From an uncultured Candidatus Micrarchaeota archaeon (GTDB lineage: Archaea > Micrarchaeota > Micrarchaeia > Anstonellales > Bilamarchaeaceae): a DNA stretch of 64,000 nucleotides. The DNA lies in NCBI GenBank assembly GCA_963791815.1, contig CAWBTT010000004.1, positions 130,215 through 194,214 on the forward strand, read 5' to 3'. Both the position numbers and the translations under genes were made by a program. This document shows positions 43,181 through 52,433 of this stretch, one piece after another. Positions within the stretch are counted from its first letter, which is position 1, and each line of letters begins with the position of its first letter. Under the pieces are notes generated by a model that had not been told where the DNA came from, made no database searches, and saw only the letters and a program-made list of their open reading frames with translations.

Positions 43181-44529
43181 TTTTTTGTTTTTTCACTCTT
43201 TGGAGAGTACACATACACAAACTTCTTTCCTTCAACAACTTTCTTACAATAATTCAGGTGAGAAAGAAGATCCAAATCTGTTCTGGCAGTCTCATATACC
43301 ACATTGTAAATTTGTTGAATTTCACGAATGGTAAACTTTTTCAGTGGGTGTCTCATAAAGCGGAGTATAATGTCAGATTGACGAAAATTCAGTAACTTAT
43401 CATTCTCTAGAAGTTCCCTTACCTTCATACTCTCCTCACGCTTTTGTTTAATGTAGTCCATGAAAGCGGTTAAGGCAATTTGCAACTGGCGAAGATTAAA
43501 CACTATGAAATATGTCAAATCATTTTGATCGGTCTCAGTAAAGAGATATGCCTTGGAATAACGTCCTGGGGCTTCCTTAATCACTCTTGAGATGGGCATG
43601 TATTCGAATAACCAGTAACCCTGCTTCAATACATACCAGTAGAACAAAGCACGGGCAGTTCTCCCATTACCATCCACAAATGGGTGGATATAACCAATCA
43701 TGAAATGTAGAATTATTGCTTTCAATAAGGGATGTAAAAATGTCTTCCCCTCAGAATTCATGAATTCACATAACGAATCAATCATTTTGGGGATTTTTTT
43801 GTGATCGGGTGGAGTGTAGACTGGTTCGTTAGTAGCAACATCTATAACGTGGATCTTGTTGTTATTTCTGAATTCTCCCAGTTCACCATCGTCAATAGTG
43901 TTTTTTGTGATACTTGAATGGATTTGACATATCAACTCAGGAGTCAGTTGAAGATTCCTAATATCCTTCAGATACAGCAATGTCCTATATGCATTTACAA
44001 TCATGTGCTGGGATTCATCTTTGGGTTTTTTTCCCATCCGAAGCATTTCTTTAGCGACTTCTCTTGTGGTTACTGCGCCTTCCAACTGAGAAGTCGCAAC
44101 TGCTTCTTCCATGATAGAGTTGATAAGATATTTTTCCATGGACTCTTCTGGAGCTAAATCATCTGTCTTTGACTCTAAAGTGCCAGAGGCTTGCTGATCA
44201 AGCTCCTGAAAAGATTTTAGGATATTATCAGTTAGAACGTAACGAAAAACTACATCGCCAATAGATATTGAACGATATTGTGCCAATCTGCTCCATTTCA
44301 ACAAACTCCACATCATTTCAGATGCAAGCCCCTTGGGGTGATTGTGATGGCGCATTTCGTCCCAGTGAAGATATTTTTGATTCATATTGAATATATAATC
44401 CTGCATTTCTTGGTCTGACTGCAAGTCAAGGATAACGCTGAATTCTTTCGGGTTTTCTAATATCTTTCGTGGGGGTTTTTGAATGCCCATAAAGTACATA
44501 TTACCCATAACATTTATAAAACATACCAA
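43177..44529 (-). CDS. Fic-domain protein (class II, with inhibitory helix and C-terminal winged-helix-like region)
   Basis: Fic motif HPFVDGNGRTAR. Upstream TSQLEG fits the [ST]xxxE[GN] auto-inhibition motif. AT-rich gene. The probable start is ATG 44490, about 22 nt after ttttataaa. Confidence 0.8.
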   Translation of the reverse strand: MVCFINVMGNMYFMGIQKPPRKILENPKEFSVILDLQSDQEMQDYIFNMNQKYLHWDEMRHHNHPKGLASEMMWSLLKWSRLAQYRSISIGDVVFRYVLTDNILKSFQELDQQASGTLESKTDDLAPEESMEKYLINSIMEEAVATSQLEGAVTTREVAKEMLRMGKKPKDESQHMIVNAYRTLLYLKDIRNLQLTPELICQIHSSITKNTIDDGELGEFRNNNKIHVIDVATNEPVYTPPDHKKIPKMIDSLCEFMNSEGKTFLHPLLKAIILHFMIGYIHPFVDGNGRTARALFYWYVLKQGYWLFEYMPISRVIKEAPGRYSKAYLFTETDQNDLTYFIVFNLRQLQIALTAFMDYIKQKREESMKVRELLENDKLLNFRQSDIILRFMRHPLKKFTIREIQQIYNVVYETARTDLDLLSHLNYCKKVVEGKKFVYVYSPKSEKTKN

Positions 44530-44541
44530 CAGAACAGAAAT

Positions 44542-44699
44542 TAGTAGTTGTTTTGTTCAGACGAGAAATATAGGAAATTGTTTGCAAAATACTAATAGAA
44601 CTAGTAAAATTAGTAGGTAATAGTAGTTGTTTTGTTCAGACGAGAAATATAGGAAATTGTTTGCAAAATACTAATAGAACTAGTAAAATTAGTAGGTAT
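44542..44699. repeat. perfect tandem direct repeat, 2 x 79 bp
   Basis: 44542-44619 is identical to 44621-44698 (78 of 78). Unit: tagtagttgttttgttcagacgagaaatataggaaattgtttgcaaaatactaatagaactagtaaaattagtaggta. The second copy ends exactly at the tRNA-Val 3' end. Confidence 0.9.
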
Positions 44700-44808
44700 G
44701 GGCCCGCCCAGGATCGAACTGGGGATCTTTCGCGGTCTTAAAGAAGAATAAGTATCAACGAATTCTTCCGATGTAAGGCGAACGTCTTAACCACTCGACT
44801 ACAGGCCC
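44699..44808 (-). tRNA. tRNA-Val (TAC) with canonical 37-nt intron (44735..44771)
   Basis: Reverse complement is GGGCCTGTAGTCGAGTGGTTAAGACGTTCGC CTTACA | intron | C GCGAA AGATC CCCAGTTCGATCCTGGG CGGGCCC A. BHB: CTTA pairs with TAAG; the outer helix has 7 Watson-Crick pairs plus one G-U pair. Confidence 0.9.
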
Positions 44809-44850
44809 TTAAAAGATAAATAAAGAGATAAAAAGAAAAATAAAACGGTT

Positions 44851-46230
44851 TCAGACGTTGAAGTACTTCTGGAGCTCAAGGCCGGTTATCCCCTTCTGGG
44901 ATTCCTTGTGCTGCTTGAGCTTGATATCCAGGTAGTCCCCCAGAAGCTCTGCTGGAACGACGCCCTTGAGGAATTTGGTGTCGCTCTCAAGTTCAGCAAT
45001 TGCATCATAAAGACTGCCGGGAAGCTCTCTTTCAACGCGCTTCTTCTTGCTCTCAACCTCAACCGGGTCTCCAGGGTCAATCTTGTTCTTCATGCCATCA
45101 AGTCCAGCTGCGCAGACGACCGCATACGCAAGGTATGGGTTGGCCGCAGGGTCAGCTCCCTTGTAGGCAATTCTCTTGACCTCTTTGACGTTCTTCTTGG
45201 TGTGCGGAACGTGGATAAGCGCGTCCTTGTCAGATACGCTCCATCCGACCTTGAAGTTGTTTATTGCCAATCTCTTGTATGAGTTTGGTGTTGGCGCGGT
45301 AAAGAGTGAAAGCGCAGGCGCATGCTCAAGAAGCCCGCCTATGAAGTAGCGGCCCATCTGGCTGAGTTGCCCATAGCTCTCCTTGCCGTCATAGAAGACA
45401 TTGTTCTCGCTGGTCTTCCAAAGACTCACTGCAATTTTCAAAGAGTTTCCAACCTCGCCCTCAATCGGGTATGGCATGAATGTCGCTGAAGCATTGACAG
45501 CTGTTGCAAGGTTCTTTGTAATGTATTTCAGGGTGTTGACAGTGTCAGCTGCTGACTTCAAGCCCCTTGGAGCAAGCTCAAAGGTCTGCTGCGCTGTCGG
45601 CGCTCTTCCGTGCCTGTGAGAGTCAATGAACATTCCGAAGTTGTCTTCCATTGTCTCTGCAATCTGAGTTCTTGCAGTGTACATGGAGTCATGCGGAGTC
45701 GCGACATAGGCGCCGCTTCCAACGTTTGACATTGGAGATGGGCCCCAGAATGCTTCCCTGGAATCCATAAGGACACCCACACCTCTTGGCCTGGTAGTCT
45801 TGTCTGCTGTGGCAGTATCCAGGATATAACAGTCCACCTCAGCTCCGACCAAGGAATTCTTGATTCCAGCCGCGCTCAGGTTGGTCTCCATCCTCTCAGC
45901 TACATACCTTGGGTCTTTCAGGAACCTTTCCTTCTTGATTGCGACGACTACATCACAAATCAGCCTTACTGTTGCAGGCTCCCATGGCACCCTTGACAAA
46001 GTGTCCGGGTCAGGCAGAAGTACTAATTCGCCCTGTTCATTGGGACCAAAAACATCAGTGAGTTCGGCAGCATAAATACCGTTTCCGAACGTTGACTCGC
46101 CAAGTTTCCTGTTTGAAACAGTGATGCGGTGCATCTTTCCTTTAATATCAAAAAACTGCAAGTCTATCCATCTAATTTCGTTTGTGGCGACATATTTCAT
46201 TACGTCATCTATAGCAGACAAAACAAACAC
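44851..46230 (-). CDS. glnA: glutamine synthetase
   Basis: 459 aa with typical GS beta-grasp and catalytic regions (FMPYPIEGEVGNS, SYKRL and others). Confidence 0.9.
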   Translation of the reverse strand: MFVLSAIDDVMKYVATNEIRWIDLQFFDIKGKMHRITVSNRKLGESTFGNGIYAAELTDVFGPNEQGELVLLPDPDTLSRVPWEPATVRLICDVVVAIKKERFLKDPRYVAERMETNLSAAGIKNSLVGAEVDCYILDTATADKTTRPRGVGVLMDSREAFWGPSPMSNVGSGAYVATPHDSMYTARTQIAETMEDNFGMFIDSHRHGRAPTAQQTFELAPRGLKSAADTVNTLKYITKNLATAVNASATFMPYPIEGEVGNSLKIAVSLWKTSENNVFYDGKESYGQLSQMGRYFIGGLLEHAPALSLFTAPTPNSYKRLAINNFKVGWSVSDKDALIHVPHTKKNVKEVKRIAYKGADPAANPYLAYAVVCAAGLDGMKNKIDPGDPVEVESKKKRVERELPGSLYDAIAELESDTKFLKGVVPAELLGDYLDIKLKQHKESQKGITGLELQKYFNV

Positions 46231-46285
46231 CGATACCTAATAGCCATATATAATAATAAATACGTTTCGAAGACAGCTTTACACT

Positions 46286-47575
46286 ATGTTCGGGACTTCA
46301 GGCATCAGAGGCATCTACGGCGAAGACGTTACAGAGGAGCTGGCGGTCAAAATAGGCAATGTTTTCGCTAAGGATGAGCTTTTCATAGCAAGAGACCTTC
46401 GCTCAAGCGGGATTCCGCTATCCCTGGCAGTCGCTGCCGGAGCCCTTTGCGCTGGAAGCGATGTGATAGACGTTGGAATCGCTCCAACCCCGACACTTGC
46501 CCTTGCTGCTAGAAAATCAAGAGGAATCATGGTCACTGCTTCGCACAATCCACCCGAATATAATGGATTGAAGCTTGTTGAGGATGGGAAGGAGATTAGC
46601 AAAGGCCTTGAGAAGGAGGTCCAGGAGAAATACGCTCTGCCGCTTGGAAAAGGAGAGGTTGGGGACTTTTCACACAATAATGATTGTATTGCGGCGCACA
46701 AGGAACTGATTCTTTCAATGGTCGATGTTGAGGCTATCAGGAAAAAAGCCCCAAGGGTGATTGCAGAATGCAATGGCGCAGCTGCTGTGATTACCCCATA
46801 TCTGCTTTCAGAACTGGGGTGCAGGGTAGTCAGCGTCAACTCCTCTTTGGAATGCTTCAATCGGCCCTCAGAGCCGAATGAAGAGAACCTTAAGCACCTT
46901 AGCGCCCTTGTCCGGGATAGCGGGGCTGACTTTGGAATAGGGCATGATGGTGATGGGGACCGGTGCGTAATAATAGATGAAAAAGGCCAGATTCTGCCAT
47001 TTGACGTTCAGCTTGCCATGATGATTGAGCATGAGCTCTCAAAGAGCAAGAACAGAAAAATAGTATCCACTGTGGAGGCTTCACTCACAATCAGGGAGGT
47101 TGTCGAAAAGAATGGCGGGGAAATAGAGATTACTCCTGTCGGAAGCACCTATGTTGGGGAAGCGATTGAGAGGAGTGGCGCCTTGTTCGGAGGAGAGCCA
47201 TGCGGTGAATATGTTTACCGGGACGGGGTGCATGTCCCTGATGCCCCAATGGCGGTCGCGAAGTTCGCTGAGATATTCTGCACAAAGGGGAAGTTCTCAG
47301 AACTACGCAAAAATTACAAGCAGAATTTTATTGCAAGAGAGAAATTCCGCGCCAAGGACAAGAAAGAGACTGTTGAGAAGGTGAAGAAAGGCCTGGACAT
47401 CGAAGGGAAAATCAGGGATGATGATGGCATCCGGGTTGATGAGGAGGATGGGTGGTTCCTTGTCCGCGCATCAGGGACTGAGCCGATTGTCAGGCTGACG
47501 ATGGAATACTCAACAAAGGAAAAACTAGAGCAACGAAAGAAGAAATTAGTTGAAATGATACAGAATCATTGCTAA
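46286..47575 (+). CDS. glmM: phosphoglucosamine/phosphohexose mutase
   Basis: Active-site loop TASHNPPEYNGLK and metal loop GHDGDGDR. Confidence 0.8.
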   Translation: MFGTSGIRGIYGEDVTEELAVKIGNVFAKDELFIARDLRSSGIPLSLAVAAGALCAGSDVIDVGIAPTPTLALAARKSRGIMVTASHNPPEYNGLKLVEDGKEISKGLEKEVQEKYALPLGKGEVGDFSHNNDCIAAHKELILSMVDVEAIRKKAPRVIAECNGAAAVITPYLLSELGCRVVSVNSSLECFNRPSEPNEENLKHLSALVRDSGADFGIGHDGDGDRCVIIDEKGQILPFDVQLAMMIEHELSKSKNRKIVSTVEASLTIREVVEKNGGEIEITPVGSTYVGEAIERSGALFGGEPCGEYVYRDGVHVPDAPMAVAKFAEIFCTKGKFSELRKNYKQNFIAREKFRAKDKKETVEKVKKGLDIEGKIRDDDGIRVDEEDGWFLVRASGTEPIVRLTMEYSTKEKLEQRKKKLVEMIQNHC

Positions 47576-47985
47576 GAGAGGTTCTGTAGGATTTCTATTG
47601 CCTTATCCTTTTTCTCATATGGAACAAAAAGATGGTCGTGATGATATGCAGAAAAAGCATTCACGCTGATTTTTTCTGATGCAAGGGCGCGAGTTATCTT
47701 TGCAAGCAAGCCAACTGCCATCAAATCCGAGTATACTTCGAGGCTAATCATTGCAAATGGGCCCACGGCACTTGATTTGGACGCTGTTTCCATATCCTCC
47801 AGTATCTCTTCTGAAAAAACTATGCTGAAGCCTTCTTTTTCCCGGAAAACATCAACGATATAGTTTAGGTAATTGACAATGACCATGAGCTGGGATTCGT
47901 CTATGGATGAGAGGAAGTATTTGCCTTCCTGAAGGCTGGGTTTCAAGTTTTTCAGCAATTCATCTAGGTCAGATATTGTCTCCAT
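47572..47985 (-). CDS. ACT-like domain protein (ACT_7/DUF2241-like)
   Basis: C-terminal LLAKITRALASEKISVNAFSAYHHDHLFVP pattern, as recalled for ACT_7. Confidence 0.45.
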   Translation of the reverse strand: METISDLDELLKNLKPSLQEGKYFLSSIDESQLMVIVNYLNYIVDVFREKEGFSIVFSEEILEDMETASKSSAVGPFAMISLEVYSDLMAVGLLAKITRALASEKISVNAFSAYHHDHLFVPYEKKDKAIEILQNLS

Positions 47986-47995
47986 AGAAGCACCT

Positions 47996-48541
47996 TCAGA
48001 TTAGGACTCCCCTTGCCTGCTCAATCTGGTGCCTGGCCGAATCCTGCTTTCTTCTGAATTCAGGAAGAACCGAGTTTGAGAAGCGAAGGGGCAAAAGCTC
48101 GTTGAATATCCCTTCCATCATTGAGAAATATTTTTCAGCATCTTCCTTGTTGCCCTTTCTCAGGCATTCGTACATCTCTCTTTTCAATTCCCCGACAGCG
48201 TCGAGAAGGCCGGATATGTAAGCCACTTCCGGAACGTTTAGCTCTGAATGTGATGGTATTTTATTCTCTTCAATTGCGCTGAGAACTATCCTGGCTTCTG
48301 AATATTCCTGGAGCACATGGTTCACCTGCGCTGGGAACCGGTCTCCCAATGGCTGGAGTTCCTTGACCCCTGTTTCAGCCTCGCCGAGATATTTTTTCGC
48401 CTCCTCAAGGTCTGTCGAGTGCATTGCTTTGATTGCGTTGGAGCACATGCGCACAACCAGCCTGCTTTTCATCATAACCGCATCTAGGTTTTTCTCTTTT
48501 TCAGAGAGTGTTTTCTGAATCTCTTGAATTCCAAGTTCCAT
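47996..48541 (-). CDS. translin-family protein
   Basis: All-helical, about 180 aa. The LQEYSEA...ISGLLDAVGELKRE pattern is as recalled for archaeal translin-like proteins. Confidence 0.5.
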   Translation of the reverse strand: MELGIQEIQKTLSEKEKNLDAVMMKSRLVVRMCSNAIKAMHSTDLEEAKKYLGEAETGVKELQPLGDRFPAQVNHVLQEYSEARIVLSAIEENKIPSHSELNVPEVAYISGLLDAVGELKREMYECLRKGNKEDAEKYFSMMEGIFNELLPLRFSNSVLPEFRRKQDSARHQIEQARGVLI

Positions 48542-48590
48542 AAATAGAACTCTCAATCAAGGTTAAAAAAGTAGCATAAGAAATAGAGCC

Positions 48591-49364
48591 ATGGCAGTGG
48601 AGGATATTCTTGGCATTTGTTTGGTGCCCGTGATTTTTGTTGGAGGAATAATGCTTCTTGGTTCAATCAAGATTCTTTACCAGTATCAGAAAGGAATCCT
48701 GTTCCAGCTTGGAAAATACAGCAGAACGGTCAATCCAGGGCTCACAATTGTGATACCCATTCTCCAGGAATTGCGGATTGTTGATATGAGGATTACAACT
48801 GTAGATATTCCAAAGCAGGAAGTCATTACCAAGGACAACATACCGGTTCTTGTCAACACTGTCGTCTATTACAAAGTTGAGAAGCCAGACGATGCGATTC
48901 TTAAGATTCAGAATTTCGATTATGCTATCAGGCAGTACACCCAGGCAGCCCTTAGGGATGTCATTGGAAACAATGAGCTTGATTTCGTCCTGACCGAGAG
49001 GGAAAAGGTAGCCGGCTCAATCAAGCAGATAGTCGATGCTGAGACATCTGAGTGGGGAGTTGACATCTCTGCAATCAAGATTCAGGAGATTGAATTGCCA
49101 GCAGAGATGAAGCGGGCAATGGCAAAGCAGGCAGAGGCTGAGCGTGAGAGGCGCGCTGTCGTTATTTCATCTGAGGGTGAACTCCAGGCGTCTTTGAACC
49201 TGCAGAAGGCGGCTGTGAACCTTTCAAAGTCATCTGCGGCAATCCACCTGAGGACCCTGCAGACAATCAGGGATATCGCAGCTGACCCGTCTGAAAAGAT
49301 AGTGCTCTTCATGCCCAGCGACTATGGCAAGATTGCTGAGGGACTGCTCGGAAGGAAGAAATGA
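48591..49364 (+). CDS. SPFH/band-7 (stomatin-like) membrane protein
   Basis: N-terminal TM segment, then an SPFH core (PGLTIVIPILQELRIVDMR...TKDNIPVLVNTVVYY) and a coiled-coil tail (MAKQAEAERERRA). Confidence 0.8.
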   Translation: MAVEDILGICLVPVIFVGGIMLLGSIKILYQYQKGILFQLGKYSRTVNPGLTIVIPILQELRIVDMRITTVDIPKQEVITKDNIPVLVNTVVYYKVEKPDDAILKIQNFDYAIRQYTQAALRDVIGNNELDFVLTEREKVAGSIKQIVDAETSEWGVDISAIKIQEIELPAEMKRAMAKQAEAERERRAVVISSEGELQASLNLQKAAVNLSKSSAAIHLRTLQTIRDIAADPSEKIVLFMPSDYGKIAEGLLGRKK

Positions 49365-50029
49365 CGCTTGACAACAAGTACAGGTACCTGCAGATAGCAT
49401 TCAACCATGACTCGCAAACAGTGGCAAGGGTGCTCCCCAAGATTCCAAGGGATGAGCGGATAATAATAGAGGCAGGAACCCCCTACATCAAAAGGGAGGG
49501 TGTGAATGCCATCAGATACATCCGAAGGCTCTGGCCAGGCTATGTTCTTGCTGATATCAAGACAATGGACGGCGCGGCTGAGGAAGCTGCCATGGCCGCT
49601 TATGCAGGGGCAAATGCTGCCACTGTACTCGGCGCTGCCCCTCCTGAGACAATCAACCTTTTCATTGAGACTTGCAAGGAGCTTGGCATCGATTCCTACA
49701 TTGACATGATAGGCGTTGATGATCCAATCAAGGTTTTGCGCAATGTAAGGAAGCCCCCCACGACAATAATTCTGCACAAAGGCAGGGACGAGGAGAGCAC
49801 ACGCTCAAAAGTCATCAAATATGTGCACATAAAGAGAGTGCTCAGCAAGTATGAGGTTCTGATTTCAGCTGCTGGCGGGATTGATTTGCGCCAGGCCCAG
49901 AGCGCCTCATTCAACGGAGCAAACATAGTGACAGTAAATGTTGTCAAGCCAGATGACCCATTCGAGGGAATAAGCACTCAGGATGAAATTGAGAAACTGG
50001 CAAAGGATTTCCTTGCTGGAATCGACTAG
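49361..50029 (+). CDS. 3-hexulose-6-phosphate synthase-like (OMP-decarboxylase family)
   Basis: LQIAFN...IIIEAGTPYIKREG...LADIKTMDGAAEEAAMA matches the HPS/KGPDC pattern. The start overlaps the stomatin stop (ATGA). Confidence 0.6.
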   Translation: MTLDNKYRYLQIAFNHDSQTVARVLPKIPRDERIIIEAGTPYIKREGVNAIRYIRRLWPGYVLADIKTMDGAAEEAAMAAYAGANAATVLGAAPPETINLFIETCKELGIDSYIDMIGVDDPIKVLRNVRKPPTTIILHKGRDEESTRSKVIKYVHIKRVLSKYEVLISAAGGIDLRQAQSASFNGANIVTVNVVKPDDPFEGISTQDEIEKLAKDFLAGID

Positions 50030-50673
50030 TTCATATAGCCCCGCATGAAAAGCCTTCCCATTGTGGAGAGGCAGACCTGCACCCTTCCTTTCATATTCTC
50101 AGTGTCAACCAGCTCCAGTTCAGATAAGCCCTTTGATTTGGCTGAGCCGTTGATATGGTATGAGAGAAGCTGCAGTGACATGTTCGTGCTTTTGGCCAGC
50201 TCCTCCAATGAGCTTGAGCACTTGCTCTTGTGAAGCTCCTGCAAAACCTTCAGCTTCTTTGGTGAGAGCATATTGCTGTAGGAAAGTTTGAGTATTGGAA
50301 GAACCATGACATGGGTCTCGAAAACAGCGATTGCCTTTATGCCATTGACGTGTGCTGCGTTTGTAAGCGCGCACTGCGAAATCCGGTCAGCAGTGGAGAT
50401 ATTGATTACTATGTTTTCCTTCTCCTGGCCCTCGAGGACTTCTGCCACGCTGACAAAATAATCTTCCCAAGGGTTTCCGCTGGAATTTATCTTCACTGTT
50501 GAGGTGGTTATCCCAAGCTTCTCCAGCTGCTTTGAGAATTCCTCTGCCTTGACTATGCCATCAGGAGATGTCAGGAATATCATTTTTTCAGTCGGAAATT
50601 CCCGGACTGGCAGGAGCACAATCTTTTCCATGGATTCAGAATTAATAGGGGCAACAATTGTTTTCTTCTTCAT
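50026..50673 (-). CDS. Csa3-like regulator: Rossmann/CARF-like N-domain plus C-terminal winged helix
   Basis: About 215 aa. C-terminal LSPKKLKVLQELHK...SLEELAKSTNMSLQLLSYHINGS...GLSELE is wHTH-like. The overall layout is as recalled for cas_HTH/Csa3. There is no CRISPR in the window. Confidence 0.4.
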   Translation of the reverse strand: MKKKTIVAPINSESMEKIVLLPVREFPTEKMIFLTSPDGIVKAEEFSKQLEKLGITTSTVKINSSGNPWEDYFVSVAEVLEGQEKENIVINISTADRISQCALTNAAHVNGIKAIAVFETHVMVLPILKLSYSNMLSPKKLKVLQELHKSKCSSSLEELAKSTNMSLQLLSYHINGSAKSKGLSELELVDTENMKGRVQVCLSTMGRLFMRGYMN

Positions 50674-50760
50674 AAGACCCGCCTCTTTCAAAATTGTATT
50701 TTATTATAAAAACAGATTATTTAAATGCCAGACGGATTCATTAAAAAAATTTAGCAAGGA

Positions 50761-51452
50761 ATGCTCTGCATGCACATTGTTCTTTCAGTAGGCGGAAGCT
50801 CGGTAATACCAGACCTTAAGGCAGATCTTGGATTTGTGAAATCCCTGGCCAGAATCATCAAGAAGAGCAAGAATAAATTCGGGATAATCACTGGCGGGGG
50901 CTCTGTTGCCAGGCTGTACGCCAATGCTGCAAGGAGCCTTGGGGCAAGCGAATATGAGGCGGACAACGTTGCCATAATCTCGACAAGGCAGAATGCCCAC
51001 CTTGTGATTGCAGGGCTTAGGGCTGAAGGGATTGACGTTTACAAGAAGGTAGTCATTGACTTTGAGGAAGCAAAGGGAATAACGAACAAAGTTGTTGTGA
51101 TGGGAGGGACCATTCCCGGAATCACAACTGACACTGATTCAGTGCTTCTTGCTGAGGCTGTAGGCGCGAGCAAATTGGTCAACATAAGCAATGTGGATGC
51201 TATTTACGATTCTGACCCGAGGAAGAACCCCAAGGCAAAGAAATATGCGTGAAAATGAGCTATGATGAATTGATTGCCCTGGCAGCCTCAAGCGACAAGA
51301 GAAAGGCAGGGACCAACTTCGTCTTTGATTTGCTTGCCTGCAAACTGATTTCACGCTCTAACATTGAGACCCATTTTGTCAGCGGAAAAAGCCTGAAGGA
51401 TGTGGAAGCAGCAATAGAAGGAAAGAAGCACAGCGGAACTGTTGTAAAGTAG
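50761..51452 (+). pseudogene. pyrH: UMP kinase (archaeal PyrH) split by a 1-nt frame change at about 51241-51252
   Basis: ORF 50761..51252 (IVLSVGGS...ITGGGSVAR...MGGTIPGITTD...DPRKNPKAKKYA*) and ORF 51249..51452 (KMSYDELIAL...GTVVK) together make one PyrH. One extra A in the run 51241-51243 would read AKKICVKMSYDEL. Confidence 0.7.
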
Positions 51453-51468
51453 TTGAGTATTCTTTACC

Positions 51469-52278
51469 CTATTCAGAGATACGCCGAATCTCCCAGCCTG
51501 CGAGTGAATTGTCACGCCAGCTGCTCTGCAACACGAATGAGCCGTGCTCAGTTTCAAATGGAACTCCTTCCATCACGCGTAGTGGAGTGTCAAGAAGAAC
51601 AATATCAACTTGCTCCACCCCAGAAAGAGGACATGGGCCAACATTAGTAACAAGAAGGTAGTGCATCTGGGTTCCTGAATCCAATTCAAGATAAAGCCCT
51701 GGAACCGCCGTCTCGTTTACCGAGATGCCGTTTGGACCAACAACATGCAGTATGAAACCATCTGCACTTTCAGAAACAGAAATCTGCGTCCCATCCCTCA
51801 TAGTGCGCCGCATCCCAGGACGGCTGTAAAAGCTGTCTGTCTCTTTGGCGAAAATCATCTCTTCTGGCCCTGGACTGACAAGGAGATATTCTTCCCCAAG
51901 GAAGGAAACTGAATATTTGCCTGGAGAGACGAACCAACCGCCTTCTGGATTAACATCCATTTGAGGCTGGAACTCTGAATCCTCAGAAATGAAAGGCGCA
52001 TCCTGCAAACAGCTCCTTTTAGTGACAATCTGCAATGCGTCGCCAGATGGGAATTCCCTTCGGAGTTCCATTGTGTCCACTTCGGTTTCAGAAGAACACC
52101 TCGCAACGGCGGGACCTTCATCCAAATCAGAACCATCCAAATCAAGATTTATCGGGGCGGTGAGATTACAGGCAGAGACAAGAGCAAGAGAAGCAACAGC
52201 CAGTTTAGCTTTTAGGAATACCCGTTTTTTTGCATCTTCCCTTACACGGCCGGATGAACATTTTGACAATAATTTCAT
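51469..52278 (-). CDS. putative lipoprotein (orphan)
   Basis: KLAVASLALVSAC signal with lipobox-like Cys, then an Asp/Glu-rich and beta-rich body. Confidence 0.5.
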   Translation of the reverse strand: MKLLSKCSSGRVREDAKKRVFLKAKLAVASLALVSACNLTAPINLDLDGSDLDEGPAVARCSSETEVDTMELRREFPSGDALQIVTKRSCLQDAPFISEDSEFQPQMDVNPEGGWFVSPGKYSVSFLGEEYLLVSPGPEEMIFAKETDSFYSRPGMRRTMRDGTQISVSESADGFILHVVGPNGISVNETAVPGLYLELDSGTQMHYLLVTNVGPCPLSGVEQVDIVLLDTPLRVMEGVPFETEHGSFVLQSSWRDNSLAGWEIRRISE

Positions 52279-52433
52279 GCTGTCGCCCCAGTTGTAGTTT
52301 ATTATCTTGTATGTGTATTAACTAACACAATAATCATTATAAATGTGTCCTCCATTGGAGGCATCAATAATAAATCAAAAATATTGGCCAGGAAAAGAGA
52401 AGGGCACAGCTGGGAGTTTGTATGTTAAAACAA

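Noticed and set aside
44542-44699. The tandem 79-bp repeat as a mini-CRISPR array.
   Set aside because: There are only two directly abutting identical units with no spacers, no cas genes and no palindromic repeat core.
51221-51287. A possible BHB mini-intron explaining the pyrH frame break, by analogy with uppS.
   Set aside because: Only a GGCAA/TTGCC pairing with a 35-nt loop was found, with no 3-nt bulge/4-bp helix geometry. Protein alignment shows no inserted residues, so a 1-nt indel explains it.
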